A DNA stretch of 64,000 bases from Parasitella parasitica NRRL 2501. Lineage: Eukaryota > Fungi > Mucoromycota. The stretch is from contig MU619349.1 in the NCBI GenBank assembly GCA_025201805.1, forward strand, positions 43,000 to 106,999, written 5' to 3'. Below are positions 53,815 through 64,000 of this stretch, one piece after another. Positions within the stretch are counted from its first letter, which is position 1; each line of letters begins with the position of its first letter. Position numbers and translations under genes: made by a program. The notes under the pieces were generated by a model. It searched no databases and had not been told where the DNA came from. It saw only the letters and a list, made by a program, of their open reading frames with translations.

Positions 53815-54636
53815 CTACTGGGTTGATACTTCTTCTTGCATATTGGCATTAGCCTTAATCACTGTCTCTTTGACACTCTCCAAAAGCTTTTTAAAATTAT
53901 CGCCCTTGTTCTCGTAAGGATACTCCACACCTTCTGGGATATCGATGCCCAAAAATGGACAAAGTTCCTTCCATCCATTACCGAGTTCCATAATCAACAA
54001 GTTTTCAGGCTTTACGATGGATTTGACATGCTCAATGTGCTTCTTGAACTTTTCAACGAGCTCATCTTTTCGTCCCTCAATGTTTTCACCTCCCAATTCA
54101 CCATCTCTTACGACAACACGAGCCATTTTACGAGCCTTAAGGATTTGCTTTGGCCAGGTATCATCGACTGCAGGCCATTCGTGGATAGTTCTGCACACAG
54201 ATCTGTGCCAGTCTTCAGGATCTCTGATAGTAAGAATAACCTTAGCATCAGGGTTCAACTTGTACAAGCGGTCAAAGAAAGCAGTAGATGGCCAGTCAAC
54301 GGCAGCATTGTAGCCTTGATAAGCACGAATCCAATCTACGGGGTCTTCGGGATGTTTGTAGGCGTTTTCAAATATTTCAGCCTTTTGAGTAGGATCCATA
54401 AGCACATTCTCCATATGATGAGTGTTGTACCTGTGATATTAAGAATGAGTAACATGTGTATGCGTGTATTGTTTGTATGCGTACTTTAATATATTCAAAG
54501 CATTTCTTAAGCTCTTTGTACCAGTTCTACCAAAACCGGCACCCAACACTTTCAAAAAGTTAGTTTGTGATACAGGAGCATTGGAGGCATCTTGCTCGAC
54601 GACAGTTTGCTTGCGGATTTCTTGATTAGATAACAT
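53815..54636 (-). CDS. P-loop sulfotransferase-like protein (Sulfotransfer_4 type)
   Basis: LKVLGAGFGRTGTKSLRNAL|YNTHHM, AAVDWP, PDAKVILTIRDPEDW and GWKELCPFLG; one intron. Confidence 0.85.
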
Positions 54637-56065
54637 TTCTTGATTTTAAGATGAAGAAATGTAAAAATGTGGACGAAACGGCACTTATTTATACTAAAGA
54701 GCTATGCAATTGTTACTCTCGAAATGCATCATGGTACCATGCTGCAGAAATGGCATAATCTTTACGATTTCAGCTAAGACAATATTTATGTGCATATATG
54801 TATACTAGCTACTGGTCTTGTTACGCTAAATTACAGCTTCGCCCTGGGGGCTCATTTGTAAACAATTCTTAAAATACATATTTATTGATTATTTGTCACA
54901 AAAAGTTGATTATCTACACTAATCTTACAATAAGGTCTATAGTAGCTCTAGGTATACAACAGTATCTACATGAGAGCTACCAGGGAACGCTGTTTGCAGA
55001 GAGTTCTATTCATAGCCCACACTAGCTTCTAACTATTCCAGAACATCAAAAGTGGATCATGGGATCTAGTAAATCATTATGGGAGGCCTTTTCTCAAGAG
55101 CATTACAGGTAGGCTCACTTTTAGCTCCAAGTAAGCAGGAGGGAATCCAGGCTCTCCAACTCTAATTTTTACTATCTAATTGAATTATATAAGCCGTGGT
55201 AAGGAAGGCGTTTTCATCAATGGTATATACCATAACATGACGCTTGTCGATGGGCTCAGTTTTATGTTTCTGAGCATAGAGTAGCTCTTTCGTTGAAAAG
55301 AGGCTATTATCCAGATTTCTTTGTATTGCTGCTTTTGAGTGGATATCTAAGATGAAGCGTTGTGAGTTGTCGTTGACGGTAATATATCTTGCATAATTAA
55401 TATCCCTATAAGCGTCTAGAACATCCCGAAGCATTTGGTAAAATCTCTACCCGCTTGATTTGTGTTGCTTGACCTCATATTTTTAGTCAAGACGAGCATT
55501 TGAAGTTCTGATCACAGACTAACATTATATCCACAATCACAAATCTGCAACCTGCTCTGCTCACAGAAAGAAGATGATCAACCAATATTGTTGAGGCCAC
55601 AAAGATGACCAAGGGGTTTCTTGTCTCTTAGACGCATAAAGTTTATTGAACTCAGCCCCGTTATCTTCATCAGCCAGCTTACAGTAGTGCTATTTTTCTC
55701 GCTTCAAAGACACCAACTTGGCTATACGAATGCTAAGCATGAACATTATTAAAAAGAAATGTCAAATTGATCATTACTACGTGTACGTATCAACATTATT
55801 GGTTTTATTTTTTTAATTGAACACATAGCACTTGCATACAACCACTATGAAGGTTTCTTATTTATAAAGAAATATTTGATAATCTTGCAATTTGATAACC
55901 ATTCATTTCCATTTCTAAATATTTTATTAACTTTTCTAATTTTCGTGAACTTTATTTAAAAATTTGAAAATAAAGTGTATATGATATGTATAAATAAAAA
56001 GGCTTCAAAAGGCCAAAATATACTATGTAACTGATGATAACATGATAACTCTAAGCTCATAAGAT

Positions 56066-56947
56066 CTAAAGAATATTGCACTTTTTATCCTTTTTATTCT
56101 TCTTGTTTTTCTGTGATCCATCTTGGGAATCTTCACGAGCTTTTCGAATCAAGCGAACCACCGAGTAAAACGATCTTTCAACATTAACGCAGGTTTTGGC
56201 TGATGTTTCAACAAAGTCGCAGTTTAATGCGCGAGCCTTGTTTGCGCCTTCTTCTCTTGTAACTTCTCGGTCGGTCACTTTATCGCATTTGTTTCCCACA
56301 AGGATAAGTGGGACTTGGTCAAGATCTTTAACTCGGATTATCTGATCTCTGAATTTGTTGACTCGATCGTACGTTGAGCGAGATGTAATCGAATAAACAA
56401 TTAGAAATCCTTCGCCATCCCGAATCCATTGATCACGCAATGCGGTGTACTCCTCTAATATTCTATGAATATCTGAAAGGGGCCTCCATAGATGTCAATT
56501 TACCTTGGCCAGCTGTATCTAAAACTTCCAGTACGCATGGATAATCATCAATTACAACTTGTTTACGGTATGAATCTTCAATGGTTGGATCATAAGTCTA
56601 CATTTAACAAGATTAAGCAATGGATTTTGATTGGCTGTAATTGTCCCTGTATTTCATATACCTCTGAGCAAAGCGAACAGAAAAATTAGATCAAACATTT
56701 TGTTTTCGCAAGAAAATGCACTTACCAACAAAGTGATTCAAGCATAGCTAATCATAAACGCAGTAATGTAAATAAACCTTATTTGTTTATGTAAAAAAAA
56801 ATAAAGAGAATGAATATATCAAATACCTGAATAGTCAATGCTGTCTAATATTTATATTAATTTAGTTCCTGAATTCTTATTTCAACGGTTAAAAGTTACC
56901 TTGCCAACGCCACCATCGCCAAGTACCACAATCTTGAAAAGCATCAT
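56066..56947 (-). CDS. RAS2: Ras GTPase (fungal Ras2/RasB type)
   Basis: Exons 56900-56947, 56827-56844, 56726-56747, 56662-56663, 56504-56597 and 56066-56454 give [31 protein letters not shown]...DTAGQEEY...NKCD and the CAAX box CNIL. Confidence 0.92.
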
Positions 56948-57279
56948 TTTTCGGTAGAAATGAGGGGGGTTGGTTAGTAGCTAATATAAAAAGAAGAGGA
57001 GAAAATAGGAAAGAAAGAAAGAAAGAAATGCTATATCAAAAGAGAAAGAGAGAGAGAGAGGCAACGAGCGAGAAAAAAAGAAGAAAAAAAAAATGTGTTT
57101 TTTTCTTTTGTGTAAAACTATCCCAATTCATTATTATTATATGTAAATTTATACGCTTGATACACTCTAGTAACAGGAGTAGGCAGTTTAGCAACAAAAT
57201 GCTACATGAACTCTTTTATTGTGAGACTATACGATATGCAATTTCTCAATTCTTGATATATAATCCTTTTTCATAGCTG

Positions 57280-60200
57280 AACCCGTTGCAGCAGTAGCGT
57301 CCTTGTAGATCAGGATGCTCTAACTTCAACGAGCATTTCTCAGCCTTGATCAGATCACTTGTTATAAAGCCCTCTAAGAGAAACTAAAAGGCGTGGGGAA
57401 GTGAGTTACATTTCAAAGGGCCGTGCACTAGAATATCTGATCTTTCTTCACCTCCTGGCAGTACCTTGACTATACCAGCTCTATTCACTACTGTAAACTC
57501 TACTTTGCATCACTGTACGTCATCTAATCCGGCTTTTTCTCGTAATCGCTTCTTGGTATCGCTTAATGTTTCATCCTGAACATGTACGAACAATTTAGAG
57601 TACGTTATATTGCCGTTATCAGCAGACTTCAATTAAGCTTTTAATATGCATTACCTTGATTATAAGAAATTTAAAAGGAATTGAATGCGTTTGTGTCAAG
57701 CTTTCTTCGTGATGATACACAGTGATATGGAAATCCTGGTGACCAATGCTGTATTTTTCTTTTGGGATTATCTAATCGAGAACCATATTAAACGTTTTTT
57801 TTTTTTTTCGTTTCTATATCACTCGTTAGTATTTGCATTTTTTCTTACTTCAGCATACAGGTTCCCTTCATTTTTCTCGATAGACATGCCAATAGTTTCA
57901 TTTGCATCCAGCATTTTTTATCCAAGAAAAAATTAAATGTATCGACTTTGAAGATACATATCTTTTTATCTAGTTCTATGGCTTGATACAAATATGATAT
58001 ACGCGCATACTTGGAAAGCAGACAAGCTCTAGTTTTTAGCTGGCTAGATTCGTAGCTAATTTGGACTCGATTAAGTCTACTTGCTCTCTGTTGAGTCAGA
58101 CTTTAGGTAAGCACATCGTAATACAACATCAACCTACCTCTTTCATCTCAGAGCAGGTTTTTTCCATGTCATATTCAGGGCATAGCATCAATATGTCTCC
58201 TAATGTCAAGATATTATGTACTGGTAGCTGGATTGACTGCAGTAATGGTCTTCTTCCAGGCGTGTTTGCATAAAGTAACTGAATATATCCAGGGGCTACG
58301 CTAATATAACGTCCCAGGTTGTCTAGAATATCTGCAAATTCTATATCGAGTCTCAAAGTCAAGGTGAATGCCATAGATGGCTGTTGCTGATGGATGGCAT
58401 CTCTTTTTCGGAACTGGACATTGATACAATAACACAAATATCCATAGTAAGATTCCAAATCAGGGCATTTATTCTCCCTTTAAAGCGTTTCGCATCTATC
58501 GTGCTATTGATTATCGATTATCTATTGGGTTACAGCTAGCTGTAATACTCACTGTTTTGGATATATATGTCTTTGAAAGCATACAATATCACCACTTAAA
58601 GAGCTTTGATCGTGAAATGACGAATTCATTTTGATCATTTCCACTCTTTCTTTACTGACTCCTACATTTTTTGTTTGTGTATCTGAAATCTAATACATGT
58701 AGCACAGGGACCATCAGTTTTTTTTTTTACATCTATTTCAATAATTCACTTGAAAATGCTTAGTCTTGTCTCTTTTCCATGTTAAACCATAGAATTCAAC
58801 CTAATTTACACTGTAACAACCATTCTCTCTGCTTTACGTACAAATTTCCAACGTTGCTAGACAAGCAGATTGGTATCGTAAAAATTTACTAGCCTTAAAG
58901 CGCCATCTTACCGCAATGTTTGTGTTGCTGCATCAAAGAATTTGGCAAATAAAAGAATGCCTGTCCGAGTCGACAGGAATATCTTTAAAGGGAAAATGTT
59001 CTTTGTAGAGTTGTAACACTCGATAAATTTTGTCGTTTGAATGGCAAAGCCTGTGTAAAGCTATAAAATGCGTTTTTAGTCTCATGCCACCATCAGTAAA
59101 TATATGTACATTTAGAGTGAACCTTACGAGTATGATATGAGGCTGCCAAGATGAGTGCAATAGGCCTTGGATCACCACCTTCTCTTTCTCGAAAATACAT
59201 GTAACACATCCTAGTGTCCTGCATATGCATATGGCTGTTTAGCGTATAATTTTTCAGAAAATCCCCAATCGTCTGACATCGCAGTACTCGTTGTTGATGA
59301 AATGGCGGTGCATTATATGAGCTACTGTCATCATGGTAGGAAATAAAACCAGTTTGAGCTGTCATGTGTAAATGTTGCGTTTTATTTCTGCCTCGATCTA
59401 CTTTTCCTGTCCAATTCGTTGAATCAAAATGTTGAGGGATATCATTCAAAGTAACCGGGCCTAATACCAGGTCCTGAAATGACTCCCGAATATACACAAG
59501 CATGTAAACTTTGCTTCTCGCGTCTTTGTAGTTAATTTCCCATAATTACCGCATGTCGATCGTTCTCCATAATTATCCTCAAACACCTCGTCAAAAGTAA
59601 CTAGAGTTACACCACCATCGTTGCATTGAAACCTAAATCATCTTTAGCTGGTGCTGCTGATTTGAAGTCCTACCATTCTATCTTTTTGTGGGCCTCAACA
59701 AATGCAAAATAATGGCCACTATTCAAATTTCCGGAATACACTGATACTTGTGTTTAATGCGAGGATATACCCTCAATTCAGATAATCAATACCGTCTATT
59801 ACTTGAATGGCTGCTGATATTGCTATTGACCTCGCGATGTGTGACGCAGTTGCAACTCAATCTTGGTACATACTACACTATTAATCTTGTCCTCAGCGTA
59901 CTTGGTCATATCCTTGTCAAATTATTTTAACTTTATTTGCAGGATAGGCGGGAAAGTATCGAATATAACTTTCTTTATAGCATCATGTAAGCCTTAAACT
60001 TCGGCTGTATTTGTTTTTGTTTTTTAGTGTCTCTTCCTGCACGTAATCCTCGCATGAATCTTTTAAATTTCGACATCGCTTCACATTTAATTGAATTATG
60101 TATAATTCCTCACATTTCGGAATTCTCAACTTCTCCAACAATAATGTTTTGATGGTGCTTTCTACTAGCATAACGATCATTTTCTCTTGAACACTTCCCT

Positions 60201-60480
60201 GCAAAAGTCGATTGAGCTCTGGCACTCATTCTGTTGCGTAAACGAATTGTAGAGATCCCACCCAAATTATAATTGAATTATTTCAGTTGTTGATTGAGTG
60301 ATCCCACATAGTCAGCCATCTTTTTCGAGTTAAATAATTAATTTTACATTGTGAAATTATACCATAGTAGTATCTTTTTTTCAGTCAAATAGTTGGTGCA
60401 ACCACTAACATATCATTGTGTATATAAGGCTTTTCATCAAATAACATATTAATATTGATAAATTCGACATGCTTCTTATT
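57280..60480 (-). pseudogene. Decayed ubiquitin-specific protease USP7/UBP15 pseudogene
   Basis: Colinear fragments with stops and frameshifts: SKKMADYVGSLNQ, ELNRLLQ...IQLNVK...DYVQEETL, SGNLNSGHYFAF, EVFEDNYG, YMLVYIRES...PVTLNDIPQH, ETLSDTKKRLREKAG, LEHPD. Confidence 0.8.
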
Positions 60481-61789
60481 GACTGAAGTCTGACGCATGT
60501 GATTTGAATTAATAAGATATGACTCACATGTGTACAATTACATTTATAAAAAATGGGAGCTTGTGTGTAAAGCAATCAAATCGCAGATGTCTTTGCTTGC
60601 AGTTTTGTCTCTACAGTCAATGCATCTTAAAAAAACAAAAATATATGGCTCTTTTTATGATTTTTGTTTCCCTTTTGGAAAGACTACAAGTTTCCTTTTT
60701 TTTTTTCTACATGTTAAGAACTCACCAGGAATACTGTTATGAATATTTTAGTCGCTCATTTGGAAAAGCTTCAATGGTCCACATAGATGAGAAGTCTCCA
60801 ATGGACTTGAAATAGTCGCATCGATGTAATTTTTTCTTGGCAAACAGTAGATCTAAATAATTTATGTTAGTTTTGGCAGGATTCTTAAATGAATACATTC
60901 CCCATTTAAAAAAAAAAAAAAAAGGGGGGGGGGGGGTAAAGAGGGAGGAAGAAATGAGCTTTCAATCGTCAGGTAAGATTTTTTTTTTTTGAATTTCTCA
61001 AACTGGCAGAGTTCGTTACTGGCAGAGTTCATTGGATGTTTAGATTCATACGTTCTGAAGAAAGACAAGAAAAAAATTGATTTTATTTTTTTTTCAAGCA
61101 CGATAATAAGCTGCGATTATTTATCTAAGAATTTCAATAAATGTGATCTTTCTTTTTTATGGTTTCTGTTGGATACAAAAAAGATAAAAATCAGAGGTTA
61201 ACAAAATACGAAAACTTTATGATACTTTATTTAAGATCGAAATTGCATCAGTTATTTGTACCTTTTACAACTACATTGTTGTGCCAGGTCTTGAAATGAG
61301 CACAGCAGGTGATTGTATATGATATAAAGAATATAATAAAGTAATAAAGACTTGATTTACCAGATACGAAACTATAAAATACAATCAGGTCATGCTTGAC
61401 ATTTAATTGTCAAACAAGATTATAACATAGTAGCAGTCAGAGCAAGACCTATTCCTATATTTAATCAGCTAATCGTTATGAACGTGAATCATTCATCGAT
61501 AAGTGAGCTTCGCAATTTATAATAAGTAGAACCCAGATAGATGGTTTCTTACACAAGACGTTCGATTAAATACTTCCATTTACTAGATTAAATAATCGAT
61601 GCCATTTAAGCATAGATCCGATCAAGAACGGTTGCCATGACAACTGAGTTGATGTAATGGTAACCATGGTATCCCATGGATACAACATTCATAAATTTAT
61701 GGTGGATTATGTTGTGGCAGTGTCAAAGGGCGCAGCATAATGTTATGTAAACGTGATTCGTTAAGATCCAGAAGCACTGTAGTGACATT

Positions 61790-62050
61790 TTCCTTTTACC
61801 ATTGACTTGAAAAGTGAGAATAGGATGACCATACTTCAAGACGCTGTTGCGCGACAAGACGGCGAGCTTGAGCGTGTCTAAGCAAAGGGAATGCTTGGTG
61901 GTGTTGTCGCCACCAAGCTTGACTTCCCCGACACCAAGGGATTGCCCAAATGCGCGTTGGCTCAAGGTGGATACAATGGCGTCCGGACGAATTTCAGTGG
62001 TCATTGTGTCCTCCTTGTTCGGCCATCTTAATACAACCTTCCTCGTTACC
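61790..62050 (-). pseudogene. Fragment of a restriction-endonuclease-fold (PD-(D/E)XK) gene
   Basis: VVLRWPNKED...IRPDAIVS...GVGEVK...LCLDTLKLA...TFQVNG; no intact start or downstream exon recognised. Confidence 0.65.
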
Positions 62051-62058
62051 TATATACA

Positions 62059-63213
62059 ACATGTCTTTTCAAAAACCAAAGCATATTCAAGCAAATGACA
62101 ATCTTTATGTTTATAACTTGACATTATCATTTTATGTTACATCTGTTGAGTTAAGTTAGCATATCCAATATCAAAGAAAGAATATAAAGTCAGGACTCGT
62201 TATGACGGAGGGATTGGTGTACAAAAATGTGTTTATTATAGCGAGTTATCTCCTATTCAGAATTTGATACTCTATAGTACAGTACCTGGCACCTGGAATC
62301 TACCAGAAGCTTATTTCAATCTTAGCTTTTGTTAGTAAAAACCCTCAACCTTAATTCTAACTTCCAGATTACTTTCTATTTTACATGTTTAGCATTAGAA
62401 TTACAAAAAAAGGAACTCATGAACTGAAAATAAGTATTATTATAAGCAACAATCGTAATAGGGCTTCTCTGTCACTAGCAATTAGCGGCTTTTGTGAATT
62501 ATTCACAAATAACAAGAGGTTATTACAGTAAAGCATTGTATTCATTAACTATCTTCTTCTGCTTCCAACTCAATGTGCCACATTATTTTATTATGAAGAA
62601 ACGTATACTTGTGGCTTCAAAAATACTTACTTTATAGAGCTGTGCCGTGTACTAGTATTGATGTGGTATTATCTTCAGATAGATAGTTTTTACAGCTAAA
62701 AGGCAAAAAATTTAGCTTTGCAAGCCATTTTTTGATTGATTTTTATAATCAAAACTGCTTTAAAGCACCAGAAGTAGCATCCATTAGGAAAGGGCTATAT
62801 TATATATGATTTTGGTGCAATTTGAGCATGATTTTTTTTTCGATGCAAAATCATAAATTTTTTCGATTTTTTCCTTGTATCCACACATCCAAAATCATTG
62901 ATTATGCATTATCCTCAATTTAGACCTCAAAAATGCAAATTTTTACTATACCATATATCAGAGGAAAATGATCGTAAAAGGTCACTCCTTGATCTGAAAG
63001 ACTAGAAATGCGCCCTCCATAAGCAAAACATGAACTTTTCCCTCTTGATCTGCTTTTGAGGTTTTCTTAGCAAAACTTCTTCCATAAGCATACGGAGATT
63101 ATGAAATGATACCATCGTGTAAAGCGCCCAAAAATACAGCTATTATCATAGACTGACAGCCGTGGTATGCATAGTGTCAAAGGATGATATCTTGCCTTAA
63201 AGAAGTAATTTTG
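62059..63213 (+). repeat. Dispersed ~1.15-kb repeat, copy 2
   Basis: Colinear with 30610-31746; ends abruptly at the LINE poly(A) tail. Confidence 0.9.
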
Positions 63214-64000
63214 TTTTTTTTTTTTTTTTTTTAAATTGTGTTTATTGATTGAGCCGCGTACTATAGGATATGAGTTCCTATCGAAGAGGCGGGTGCAATT
63301 GGGATAAAATATAATGTTATAGATATAAATAATAATGATAAGAACAATAAAGAAGTTAGTGAGATAAGAGAAAAAAAAAAAAAAAAAACTATTTTAAAAA
63401 CAAGAAAACTAAAATGGCAATGCTAGCTACAGAATTGTATGGCATTGATCTTCCCCAATGGCCTGATGGACAGAGGATCGGATACTAGCCAGAATTGTTG
63501 TAGGTACCATTGGCGTTTGGTTAAAGATAAATCGCATATGAGCGAGCCAGAGTTGAGATAAAGAGATGAGGAGGATTTTGTATGGTTTGATACCGGTAAG
63601 TTGGCAATACCAAATATCGGTAAAATCCAGGGACAAAAGAGCCTCTTTGATGTCGCTGATAGTCGTAGTGGGCCACAGAAATTCAAAAATCACACCTTGC
63701 CAAACTTTTTCGTTGGTTGGACAGTGGAAAAAAAGATGTTGGGTTGAATCATTGACTGTAAGGCAGATTGGACAACGAGGAGAATCAAAAACTGCAGGCA
63801 TAATGGAATGCAAGAAACTGCGGTTTGGGATACTCCCAGCGATTAGGCGGTAAATGACATTTCTTTGAACTTTTGTAAGCGATAAAGACCAAAAAACTTT
63901 CCAGTGCAACGAAGAGATATTCCGTAGCGCTAAAGGAGGAGTTACTGACGCTAGAACTGACAACCGAAATGTTTTGGCAGAAGCTTTGGCATTACTAAAT
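63214..64000 (-). mobile_element. 3' end of a non-LTR retrotransposon (zf-RVT domain, 3' UTR, poly(A))
   Basis: ORF ending at 63427 with CPICLTVNDSTQHLFFHC; AATAAA at 63241-63246 (minus strand); poly(A) at 63214-63232; continues past the window end. Confidence 0.9.

Overview
Eukaryotic, AT-rich fungal genomic DNA with short (~50-70 nt) GT-AG introns. The gene content (CotH, ARL5, Mucorales-type transposon debris) points to a Mucorales fungus (inference). About 22 protein-coding genes can be assembled by splicing: RhoGEF-CNH, GNAT, stand-alone Rieske protein, TRM8, ZIP zinc transporter, RPS24, ARL5, CotH, LEA_2-like membrane protein, PHI-1/EXORDIUM-like secreted protein, F-box protein, MEF1, CysG-type siroheme synthase, RIX1, ERG9, mitochondrial folate/FAD carrier, bHLH factor, DHX57-like helicase, Ecl1-like protein, Num1-like protein, sulfotransferase-like protein and Ras. 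Accessory DNA includes a long-TIR element carrying a decayed Zn-knuckle + Rpn-like PD-(D/E)XK nuclease gene, a MITE, two copies of a ~1.15-kb dispersed repeat (one interrupted by a LINE 3' end), a LINE RT relic and a decayed USP7/UBP15 pseudogene. The most notable items are the TIR element with nuclease cargo, the plant-type PHI-1/EXORDIUM gene and an obligatory 2-nt micro-exon in the Ras gene. All family assignments come from recognising motifs by eye; no database searches were run.
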